The translations under genes were made by a program, and so were the position numbers. This document shows positions 26,754 through 36,058 of a stretch of 52,146 nt of DNA, in pieces. The stretch comes from a bacterium (GTDB taxonomy: Bacteria; J088; JAWLBW01), in contig JAWLHK010000013.1 of NCBI GenBank assembly GCA_041690355.1, positions 62,001 to 114,146 of the forward strand, read 5' to 3'. Each line of letters begins with the position of its first letter. The first letter of the stretch is position 1. The notes under the pieces are model-generated. The model searched no databases, had not been told where the DNA came from, and saw only the letters and a program-made list of their open reading frames with translations.

Positions 26754-29700
26754 GTGGCCGTCGACAAAGACGCGGTCATGCGTCTTCTCACCGAGAAGAC
26801 CTACCGCCCTTTGACGCGATCCGAGCTGGAATCGCGTCTTTCCGTCCCTGAAGCAGACCGGGCAGCCTTTTCAACGCATCTCGACGAGTTGATCCACGCG
26901 GGTCAGATCGTAGCCTTGCGCGGCGACCGCATCGGTCTTCCCAACAAAATGAACCTCCTGACGGGCGTGCTCCAGGCGCATCCGAACGGGTTCGCCTTTC
27001 TCGTCCCCGACAAGCCGGGCGAGCGTGCCGCCGATGTCTTCATCGGTCGCAACGACACCGGCGACGCCATGCACGGCGACAAGGTGGTTGTGCGCATCGA
27101 GCGCATGGGCCGCTCCGGACGTCCCGAGGGGCGCGTCATCCGCGTGCTCGAGCGGCGCGTGCGGCGGGTCGTCGGCGAATTTCAGCAGGGGACCGGCTTC
27201 GGCTATGTCGTTCCCGAAGAAGGGCGCCACCTGCATCACATCTACATCCCCCGCGGACGCGACAAGCGCGCCCTCGCCGGCCAGATTGTGGTCGCTGAGA
27301 TCCGCAAGTATCCCGAGGGCAACCGCGACCCCGAAGGCGAAGTCATGCGCGTCATCGGCAGCCGCAAGGATCCCGGCGTCGACCGCGAAGTCGTCGTCGA
27401 GCGCCACGGGCTGTCGAGCCGGTTTCCCACCGAGGTGCTGACCGAGGCCAAGCGGGTTCCGACGGAAATCGATACGGTCGAACTCGGCCTGCGGGTCGAT
27501 CTTCGCGGCCTCAAGGTCTTCACCATCGACGGCGAGAAGGCGAAGGATTTCGACGACGCCGTGGCCATTCAGCGGCTGACCGACGGGCGTTTCCGCCTGT
27601 GGGTGAGCATCGCCGACGTGGCCCACTACGTGAAGCCGGGAACCGATCTCGACAAGGAAGCGCGGGCGCGCGCGACGAGCGTCTACTTCGCCGACAGCGT
27701 CATCCCGATGCTTCCCGAAGAGATCTCGAACAACATCTGCTCACTCGTGCCGCATCAGCCGCGCCTGACCATGACGGCCGAACTCGAGTACGACAGCGAA
27801 GGCAAGCTGGTTCGCAGCCAGTTCTATGACAGCGTCATCGTCTCGAAGGAGCGCCTGACCTACACGCAGGTCAAGCAGATCCTGACCGATCGGAACGAGG
27901 ACCTGCTGGGCCGCTACCGCTATCTCGAAGACGACCTGCGCGCCATGCAGGAGCTGGCCCTCAAGCTCAAGTCACGGCGCGATGAGCGCGGATCGCTCGA
28001 CTTCGACCTCCCCGAGCCCGATCTGCTGCTCGACCTCGAGGGAAACATCGAATCGATCGTGCGCGCCGAGCGCAACATCGCCCACCGCATCATCGAAGAG
28101 TTCATGCTGGCGGCCAACGAAGCCGTGGCCGATTTTCTGCAGAAAGAAAACGTCCCGGGCCTCTACCGCTGCCACGACGAGCCCGATCCGGCCAAGATCG
28201 AAGACCTCCGCCAGTTCCTGCACAACCTCAACGTGCGCGTCGATCAGCGCATTACGCCGAAGGCCCTGCAGCGTATCCTGCGCCAGGTGCAGGGTAAGCC
28301 GCTCGAGAAGCTCGTGAATGAAGTCGTGCTGCGCACGATGAAGCATGCCTACTATTCGCCGCGCAACACCGGGCACTTCGGCCTGGCCAGCGAAACGTAC
28401 CTGCACTTCACGAGCCCGATCCGGCGCTATCCCGATCTGGTCACGCACCGCAGCCTGAAAGCGGTGCTCGAGCGCGGGGGCATGAGCGAGCGTCAGCGCG
28501 AAGAACTGCGCGCGACGCTCGGCGAAACCGCTTTGCACTGCTCCGAACGCGAGAAGAACGCCGAGCGTGCCGAGCGCGAAGTTCTGGCCGCCAAGAAAGT
28601 CGAGTTCATGCGCCGCTTCGCCGGCGAAGAGTTCGACGGCTACATTTCGGGCGTCACGTCGTTCGGCTTCTTCGTAGAGCTGCGCGACCTGTTCGTCGAC
28701 GGCCTGGTGCACGTCTCGAACCTCGGGGACGACTACTACGAGTTCCGCGACCGCGAACATTCGCTCGTCGGCACCGCCACCGGGCGCCGGTTTCAGCTGG
28801 CCGACCGGGTGCGCGTGCGCGTGGCCCGGGTCGACGTCGAAAAGCGGCACATCGATTTCGAACTCGTCAGCGAAGTCTTTCGCGAGGCCCTCGTCCAGGA
28901 AGAGGCCGTCGCGCAGCGCGGACGTCCCGTGCCGCAGGTCGCCGCCGAACCCGCCCATCCCGAAACGGGGGACGGCCGCGGACGCGGCCGGCGACAGGCG
29001 CCGGTGCCGCGCAGCGGCATTGTGCGCACGGCGCGCCCCGAAGAGTCGCCCGATGAAGATCGGCGCCGGCGGGCACGCGGCCGCAAGGAGCGCGCGGTCG
29101 AGCCGCGCCGCGGTCAGGAGGAGGCCCGTGCCGAAGGGCGCGAAGCGCGCGAGCCACGTGCGAAGCCCGAGCGGCGTGAGCGCGCCGCCGTGCGTCCTGC
29201 CGCGCCCGAACTCGAAGCGCCTCCCGTGAACGAAGAGAGCCCCACGGTGCCGCCACCGATGGCAGAGCATCCCGAATCGTTCCTCACGCCGCCCGCCGCC
29301 GAAGAGGGCGGCGCGGATGAAGCGGCGGGCCGCCGCCGCCGTCGCCGCCGGGGTGGCCGGGGTCGACGCCGCCGGGGCGCCGAAGACGGCGTGAGCGCCG
29401 ACGGGCAGGGCGCTGAAGGCGAATTCGAAGGGGAAGAATCGGAGGAGGAAGGCGAAAACGCAGCGCGGCCTGCGCCTCTTGAAGGCGCCGAGGGCGAACC
29501 TGCCCTGGCGGCCGCCGAAGCGCCCACAGCCGAGCCCGCGCTCGAGGGTGAAGCGCCGGTGCGCGGTCGCCGGGAGCCCCGCCCCCGCCGCGGTCGCGGC
29601 CGTCGGCCCGAAGGGGATACCGAGGGCGAAGCGCAGTCTGAGACGCCTGCGCGCGAAGCCGCCACACCGGCGCCGTCCGAAGCCACCGCGTCAGCGGTTT

Positions 29701-29933
29701 CAGAAGGTTCCGCGCAGACGGCCGCCGAATCCGACGGCACTGTGAGCGCCGAGGCCGGTGAGCCGACCGGCGAGGAGCATGAGAGCGAGCTCGCCTTCGT
29801 CGCCAAGCGGCGCCGTCGCCGCCGCGGCGGACGCAGCCGGCGCCGTCCGGGTGCGGCCGGCGGATCCGAGGCCGGAGGCGGCGAAGCCGATGAGGGGGAC
29901 TCCGAGGCCGGCCACGGCGAAGCTGAAGAGTGA
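26754..29933 (+). CDS. rnr: Ribonuclease R with long low-complexity C-terminal extension
   Basis: SD GAGGAG before GTG; HPNGFAF, FTIDGEKAKDFDDA, IEEFMLAAN, HFTSPIRRYPD, S1 domain. Confidence 0.95.
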   Translation: MAVDKDAVMRLLTEKTYRPLTRSELESRLSVPEADRAAFSTHLDELIHAGQIVALRGDRIGLPNKMNLLTGVLQAHPNGFAFLVPDKPGERAADVFIGRNDTGDAMHGDKVVVRIERMGRSGRPEGRVIRVLERRVRRVVGEFQQGTGFGYVVPEEGRHLHHIYIPRGRDKRALAGQIVVAEIRKYPEGNRDPEGEVMRVIGSRKDPGVDREVVVERHGLSSRFPTEVLTEAKRVPTEIDTVELGLRVDLRGLKVFTIDGEKAKDFDDAVAIQRLTDGRFRLWVSIADVAHYVKPGTDLDKEARARATSVYFADSVIPMLPEEISNNICSLVPHQPRLTMTAELEYDSEGKLVRSQFYDSVIVSKERLTYTQVKQILTDRNEDLLGRYRYLEDDLRAMQELALKLKSRRDERGSLDFDLPEPDLLLDLEGNIESIVRAERNIAHRIIEEFMLAANEAVADFLQKENVPGLYRCHDEPDPAKIEDLRQFLHNLNVRVDQRITPKALQRILRQVQGKPLEKLVNEVVLRTMKHAYYSPRNTGHFGLASETYLHFTSPIRRYPDLVTHRSLKAVLERGGMSERQREELRATLGETALHCSEREKNAERAEREVLAAKKVEFMRRFAGEEFDGYISGVTSFGFFVELRDLFVDGLVHVSNLGDDYYEFRDREHSLVGTATGRRFQLADRVRVRVARVDVEKRHIDFELVSEVFREALVQEEAVAQRGRPVPQVAAEPAHPETGDGRGRGRRQAPVPRSGIVRTARPEESPDEDRRRRARGRKERAVEPRRGQEEARAEGREAREPRAKPERRERAAVRPAAPELEAPPVNEESPTVPPPMAEHPESFLTPPAAEEGGADEAAGRRRRRRRGGRGRRRRGAEDGVSADGQGAEGEFEGEESEEEGENAARPAPLEGAEGEPALAAAEAPTAEPALEGEAPVRGRREPRPRRGRGRRPEGDTEGEAQSETPAREAATPAPSEATASAVSEGSAQTAAESDGTVSAEAGEPTGEEHESELAFVAKRRRRRRGGRSRRRPGAAGGSEAGGGEADEGDSEAGHGEAEE

Positions 29934-29942
29934 GCTTCTGCG

Positions 29943-29972
29943 GCCCCGCCGCCGTTCCTGCGGCGGCGGGGC
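29943..29972. terminator. GC-rich hairpin after rnr
   Basis: GCCCCGCCGCCGT-tcct-GCGGCGGCGGGGC, 13-bp stem; no clear U tract. Confidence 0.55.
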
Positions 29973-30000
29973 GTCGAAAAACCCTTGCGCGTTCAAGGGG

Positions 30001-30030
30001 TTGCCTTGCAAGCGAAGCGGTGGGTATGAT
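30001..30030 (+). promoter_or_regulatory. Putative sigma70 promoter
   Basis: TTGCCT-18 nt-TATGAT. Confidence 0.45.
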
Positions 30031-30108
30031 AGGCTGAAGCCCGCTCGATGGGGCGTCGGCCGCCTGGCCGTGCGCAGTTGAAAACTACGAACCAAGCAGC
30101 AAGAGTCG

Positions 30109-31335
30109 ATGAGTTCGAACGACAAGTCCAAGAAGGGTGGGGAATCGTCTGATATCTGGGAACTTCCCGAAGCTGACGATACCGCAGAAACCTTCGAACT
30201 GGCCGATGACGACGTCATTGAAGAGATAGACCCTGCTGAGCCCGCGAGCGAGGACGTCGGCTCCTTCAGCGATGTCTTCGCAAGCTTCGCTGAATCGAAC
30301 CCGCCGGCCCCCGCCGCGCCCGGCGAGCCGGAGAGCTTTGACATGGCGGATTTCGACGCGCCTGCCGACCCCGCGGCCGACGCGGCGGGCGACGCGTTCG
30401 AAGCCTTCGACGCCTCGGACGAGGACGTTGCGGCTCCGGCGCAGGCGCCCGGCATGTTCGATGATTTTGCGCCCGAAGCCGCCGAGGTCGAGGACGCGCC
30501 CGCCTTCGACGCCATGGAGCCGGGCGAGGCCACTTCGCCGCCGAATCCCGAATCGCTGTTCGGAGAAGAAGTCGAAGCGGCCGAGGCCATGGAGCTGCCC
30601 GAAGCGGCCGCCGTGCCTTCGACCCCGTCGCGCGCCATGACGTTCAAGACCGCCGAGACCGGCGGCCGCAAGGGGCTGTGGGTTGGCCTCGGCGCCGTCG
30701 TCGTGGTTGCCGGCGCCGCCGGCGCATTCTTCCTCTTCGGGATGCCCGGGTCAGAGCCCATCGAGCCGGCGCCCGTGGCCGCGCAGCTCCAACCCGCGCC
30801 CGCGCCGGCAACCGGGGCCGCCGAGGCGGCAGGCGCTACGGCAGCTGCCGAGCCCGCAACCGCGGAGGTAGCGGCAGATGCGGCCGCCGCGGAGCCCGTG
30901 GCCGAACCCGCCGCGACGCAACCCGAGCCGCAGGTCGAGACGGCCCCGCCGCCGGCCCCCGTGCCTGCGCCGGCGCCGAAGCCGGTCGCGCAGAAAGCTG
31001 CCCCCGCGTCTGAGCCGGCCCCCAGCGGGCCCGCCTCGCGCGTGCTCGCGGTCGAGACGACCGCCGACGGCGTCGTCATCCGCGGCGACGGCGCGTTCGA
31101 GCGCGTCAAGTACTTTACGATGGGCAAGCCGAACCGCATCATCATCGATGCCTACGGCGTCAAGCGCGCCTACAGCGGCCTGAACTTCAGCGGTTCAGGC
31201 GCCGTCGCCAAGGTGCGCACCGGCGAGCACAAGGGCAAAATCCGCTTCGTGCTCGACCTCAAGAAAGCCAAGGGCGCCGCCCCCGCCTACGAGGTCGACC
31301 GCGAAGGTGACCGCATCGTCGTGCGCGTACGCTGA
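30109..31335 (+). CDS. Bitopic membrane protein: acidic disordered N-terminus, one TM helix, Pro/Ala linker, C-terminal AMIN domain
   Basis: GLWVGLGAVVVVAGAAGAFFLF TM; KYFTMGKPNRIIIDAYG...KVRTGEHKGKIRFVLDL AMIN signature. Confidence 0.8.
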   Translation: MSSNDKSKKGGESSDIWELPEADDTAETFELADDDVIEEIDPAEPASEDVGSFSDVFASFAESNPPAPAAPGEPESFDMADFDAPADPAADAAGDAFEAFDASDEDVAAPAQAPGMFDDFAPEAAEVEDAPAFDAMEPGEATSPPNPESLFGEEVEAAEAMELPEAAAVPSTPSRAMTFKTAETGGRKGLWVGLGAVVVVAGAAGAFFLFGMPGSEPIEPAPVAAQLQPAPAPATGAAEAAGATAAAEPATAEVAADAAAAEPVAEPAATQPEPQVETAPPPAPVPAPAPKPVAQKAAPASEPAPSGPASRVLAVETTADGVVIRGDGAFERVKYFTMGKPNRIIIDAYGVKRAYSGLNFSGSGAVAKVRTGEHKGKIRFVLDLKKAKGAAPAYEVDREGDRIVVRVR

Positions 31336-31351
31336 TATCGTAACTGCCCCG

Positions 31352-31374
31352 AAAGCCGCTTCCCACGCGGCTTT
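31352..31374. terminator. Hairpin terminator
   Basis: AAAGCCGC-ttcccac-GCGGCTTT. Confidence 0.55.
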
Positions 31375-31399
31375 GCGGCGACCCCTCGCTATGTTTTCC

Positions 31400-31428
31400 T
31401 TGACATAGCCTCAGGGATTTGGTATCAA
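31400..31428 (+). promoter_or_regulatory. Sigma70 promoter for tRNA-Val
   Basis: TTGACA-17 nt-TATCAA with TG extension; alternative TATACT at 31436-31441. Confidence 0.55.
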
Positions 31429-31451
31429 GTATGGATATACTTTGATTACGC

Positions 31452-31526
31452 AGGCGCGTAGCTCAGTGGGAGAGCACCACCTTGACACGGTGGGGGTCGT
31501 TGGTTCAATCCCAATCGCGCCTACCA
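31452..31526 (+). tRNA. tRNA-Val(GAC)
   Basis: Cloverleaf: AGGCGCG/CGCGCCT acceptor, CCACC-ttGACac-GGTGG anticodon arm, GGTTCAATCC T arm, encoded CCA. Confidence 0.97.
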
Positions 31527-31535
31527 TTTTTGTTC

Positions 31536-31562
31536 GGGCATCCCCGCGGGTGCCTTTTTTTT
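31536..31562 (+). terminator. Intrinsic terminator after tRNA-Val
   Basis: GGGCATCC-loop-GGGTGCCT plus T tract. Confidence 0.75.
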
Positions 31563-31635
31563 GTAGGATGCGCCGGTTCGTCGTTCCCCGGAAACAGGGG
31601 AGCCATAGAGCCGGTGTGTCCGTTGGTACGCAGTC

Positions 31636-33567
31636 GTGCTGAAGGAAGGCCACATCACTGTCACGCTCCCCGACGGGTCGCAGCGCGAGATCCCGGCCGG
31701 TTCCACCGGAGCCGACCTCGCGGCGCAGATCGGTCCGCGGCTTGCCCGCGAAGCGCTGGCGATGAAGATCGGCGATTCCGTGTACGACCTGTCGCGTACC
31801 CTCGACGGCGATGCGCGGGTCGAGTTCGTCATGCCCGACAGCGACGCGGGGCTCGACGTTCTGCGCCACTCCACCGCGCACCTGCTCGCCATGGCCGTGC
31901 AGGAGCTGTATCCCGAGGCCAAGGTCACCATCGGCCCGGTCATCGAGAACGGCTTCTACTACGACTTCGAGCGGCCGACCCCGTTCAGCGACGAAGATCT
32001 GGCAAGCATCGAAGCCCGCATGGCCGAGATCGTCAAGCGCGATCTGCCCGTCTACCGCGAAGTCGTTGCCCGCGACGAAGCCGTGCGCCGCTTCGAGAAG
32101 CTGGGCGAACACTTCAAGGTCGAGATCATCCGCGAGTTGCCCGACGGGCCGATTACCGTCTACGGCCACGGCGACTGGTTCGATCTGTGCCGCGGCCCCC
32201 ACGTGCCGTCGACCGGCCGCCTGGGGGCCTTCAAGCTGCTCAGCGTCGCCGGCGCATACTGGCGGGGCGACGAGCGCAATCCGCAGCTGCAGCGCATCTA
32301 CGGTACGGCCTGGGCCAGCAAGAAGGAACTCAAGGCCTACCTCGATCAGATCGAGGAGGCCAAGAAGCGCGATCACCGCAAGCTCGGCCGCGAACTGAAT
32401 CTGTTCACCTTTCACCCCGTCGCGCCCGCGAGCCCCTTCTTCCACCCGAAGGGGGCGACCGTCTACAATCTGCTCGTCGAGTATATCCGCGCGCTGTATT
32501 TCAAGCACGGCTACGACGAGGTGATCACCCCGATGGTCGCCGATCTCGAGTTGTGGAAGAAATCGGGGCACTACGACAATTTCGCCGAAAGCATGTACTT
32601 CACGAAGGTGGAGGAGCGCGATTTTTCGGTCAAGCCGATGAACTGCCCGGGCCACTGCGTCATGTTTGGCGCGCAGGCCTGGTCCTACCGCGATCTGCCC
32701 GTGCGCATGGCCGACTTCGGCCGGCTGCACCGCTTCGAGCGTTCGGGCGTGACCCAGGGGCTTACCCGGGTGCGCTCCTTCTCGCAGGACGACGCGCACA
32801 TCTTCTGCGCCCCCGAGCAGATGGAGGACGAGATCCTCAAGTTCATCGACCTGCTCTACGAAGTTTACGGCGTGTTCGGCTTCGGCGACGTCCGGGTCGC
32901 CATCGCCACCCGGCCGGCCCGCTCGCAGGGGACCGACGAACAGTGGAAGCTGGCCGAAGACGCGCTCGAGAGCGCCCTGCGCCGCCGCAACATCGCCTTT
33001 CACCTCAATCCCGGCGAAGGGGCCTTCTACGGGCCCAAAATCGAGTTTCAGGTCCTGGACGCCTTGCGCCGCCCGTGGCAACTTGGCACGATTCAGGTAG
33101 ACTATTCTATGCCGACCCGTTTCGGGCTCTCTTACCGCACCAGCGAGGGGACCGAGGCGGTGCCGGTCATGCTGCACCGTGCCATGCTCGGATCGATTGA
33201 GCGGTTCATGGGAATCCTCATCGAACACTGCGCCGGCGCGTTTCCCGTCTGGCTTGCGCCCGTGCAGGCCGCCGTGTTGACGGTGAGCGAAAAGAGCGTG
33301 GCCTACGGCGAGCGAGTGACCGCGCAACTGCGTGCTGCGGGGATCCGGGTCGAATTCGACCAGGGCGACGAGAAGATCGGCGCCAAGATCCGCCGCGCCC
33401 AGCTGCAGAAGATTCCGTATATGCTCGTGCTCGGTGAGCGCGAGGCGACCGACCAGACCGTGGCGGTGCGCACCCGGACCGGCGAGCAGATGCCGCCCGG
33501 CCCGGTAGAACAGTTCATCGAACGGGTCTCCGAAATTACGCGGACCCGTTCGGCGGTTTTATTGTAA
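31636..33567 (+). CDS. thrS: Threonine--tRNA ligase
   Basis: TGS domain TLPDG, RHSTAHL, DLCRGPH, RDHRKLG, KPMNCPGH, GAFYGPK, HRAMLGSIERF. Confidence 0.98.
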   Translation: MLKEGHITVTLPDGSQREIPAGSTGADLAAQIGPRLAREALAMKIGDSVYDLSRTLDGDARVEFVMPDSDAGLDVLRHSTAHLLAMAVQELYPEAKVTIGPVIENGFYYDFERPTPFSDEDLASIEARMAEIVKRDLPVYREVVARDEAVRRFEKLGEHFKVEIIRELPDGPITVYGHGDWFDLCRGPHVPSTGRLGAFKLLSVAGAYWRGDERNPQLQRIYGTAWASKKELKAYLDQIEEAKKRDHRKLGRELNLFTFHPVAPASPFFHPKGATVYNLLVEYIRALYFKHGYDEVITPMVADLELWKKSGHYDNFAESMYFTKVEERDFSVKPMNCPGHCVMFGAQAWSYRDLPVRMADFGRLHRFERSGVTQGLTRVRSFSQDDAHIFCAPEQMEDEILKFIDLLYEVYGVFGFGDVRVAIATRPARSQGTDEQWKLAEDALESALRRRNIAFHLNPGEGAFYGPKIEFQVLDALRRPWQLGTIQVDYSMPTRFGLSYRTSEGTEAVPVMLHRAMLGSIERFMGILIEHCAGAFPVWLAPVQAAVLTVSEKSVAYGERVTAQLRAAGIRVEFDQGDEKIGAKIRRAQLQKIPYMLVLGEREATDQTVAVRTRTGEQMPPGPVEQFIERVSEITRTRSAVLL

Positions 33568-33581
33568 ATCCGAGGAGGTCA

Positions 33582-34142
33582 ATGGCCCTACCACCGAGAG
33601 CTCGACGTGATCCGCGACAGCGCGAAACCGACCGTACACCCGTCAACGAACGCATTCGTTCCCGGGAGGTCCGGGTCGTCGACGATGAAGGCAACCAGCT
33701 TGGCATCATGCTGACGGCGCAGGCGCTCGACCTTGCGCGTGAGCGCGGGCTCGATCTGGTGGAAGTGGCGTCCAACTCGACCCCGCCCGTAGCGAGAATT
33801 CTCGATTACGGCAAGTACAAGTACCAGCTGAAGAAAAAGCAGCAGGAAGCCAAGAAGAAGCAGACGATCGTTGTCGTGAAGGAAATCAAACTGCGTCCGG
33901 CGACTGACCAGCACGATTTCGACTTCAAGTTCAAGCACGCACAACGGTTTCTCGAAGAAGGCGACAAGGTCAAGATTGAAATCCGGTTCCGCGGCCGTGA
34001 AATTGTTCACGTCGACGTCGGCCGGGAACAGATGAGCAAGATGGTCAAGGCGCTCGAACCCTACGGCATCGTCGAAAGCCCCCCCAAGATGGAGGGGAAG
34101 GCGATGATCGCCATCGTGGCATCGAAGTCGTCGAAGCACTGA
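33582..34142 (+). CDS. infC: Translation initiation factor IF-3
   Basis: NERIR, LDLVEV, DYGKYKY, KEIKLRP, GDKVK, FRGRE; SD GAGGAGG. Confidence 0.97.
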   Translation: MALPPRARRDPRQRETDRTPVNERIRSREVRVVDDEGNQLGIMLTAQALDLARERGLDLVEVASNSTPPVARILDYGKYKYQLKKKQQEAKKKQTIVVVKEIKLRPATDQHDFDFKFKHAQRFLEEGDKVKIEIRFRGREIVHVDVGREQMSKMVKALEPYGIVESPPKMEGKAMIAIVASKSSKH

Positions 34143-34183
34143 CACAGGACGGGGGGCCCGCAGGCCGCCCAGGAGTCGTAGAC

Positions 34184-34384
34184 ATGCCCAAGATGAAGAG
34201 CAACCGCGGCGCCGCCAAGCGTTTCACCATGACGGCCAGCGGCAAGGCGAAGTACAAGAAGATGAACCGCCGGCACATCCTGACCAAGAAGGCGCAGAAG
34301 CGCAAGCGCCACCTGCGCCAGGACGGCATCATCTCGAAGGCCGATCAGCCGAACATCGATCGGATGCTTCCGTACGGCGCCTGA
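34184..34384 (+). CDS. rpmI: 50S ribosomal protein L35
   Basis: [14 protein letters not shown]...RHILTKK. Confidence 0.97.
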   Translation: MPKMKSNRGAAKRFTMTASGKAKYKKMNRRHILTKKAQKRKRHLRQDGIISKADQPNIDRMLPYGA

Positions 34385-34501
34385 AAATTGATATCCGGTG
34401 CCCTGCGGGGCGCCATTCACTGGACGGCTGCAGGCCGTCGCGCACCTGAAGTAGAGGCGGAACGAACCGACCTCTCGCGTAAAAGAAACTGAGGAACGAT
34501 C

Positions 34502-34858
34502 ATGCGTGTCAAACGCAGCGTGCCGAGCCGGGCTCGGCGCCGCAAGATGCTGAAGATGGCGAAGGGCTACCGCGGCCCGCGCCGTAAACTGTTCAAGAAC
34601 GCCAAGGAAACGGTCGAGCGCGCGCTCCAGCACGCCTATATCGGCCGCAAGCGCCGCAAGCGCGACTTCCGTTCGCTTTGGATTATCCGCATCAATGCTG
34701 CCTGCCGCGAAAACGGCATCAGCTACAGCAGGTTCATCCACGCGCTGAAGACCGCCAACATCGGCCTCGACCGCAAGTCGCTCGCGTACATCGCCCTCAC
34801 CGACGGCGACGCATTTACGAAGATTGCGGCTGAAGCGGGAGTCAAGGCCGGCGCGTAA
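34502..34858 (+). CDS. rplT: 50S ribosomal protein L20
   Basis: [31 protein letters not shown]. Confidence 0.97.
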   Translation: MRVKRSVPSRARRRKMLKMAKGYRGPRRKLFKNAKETVERALQHAYIGRKRRKRDFRSLWIIRINAACRENGISYSRFIHALKTANIGLDRKSLAYIALTDGDAFTKIAAEAGVKAGA

Positions 34859-35983
<1,125 letters not shown>

Positions 35984-36058
35984 TGGTCTGCTTTTTTTCT
36001 TTTCCGGCGGATGGAATCGCGCCTTCCCGTGGTTCAGCCGCCCTGACGGTTTAGCAAT

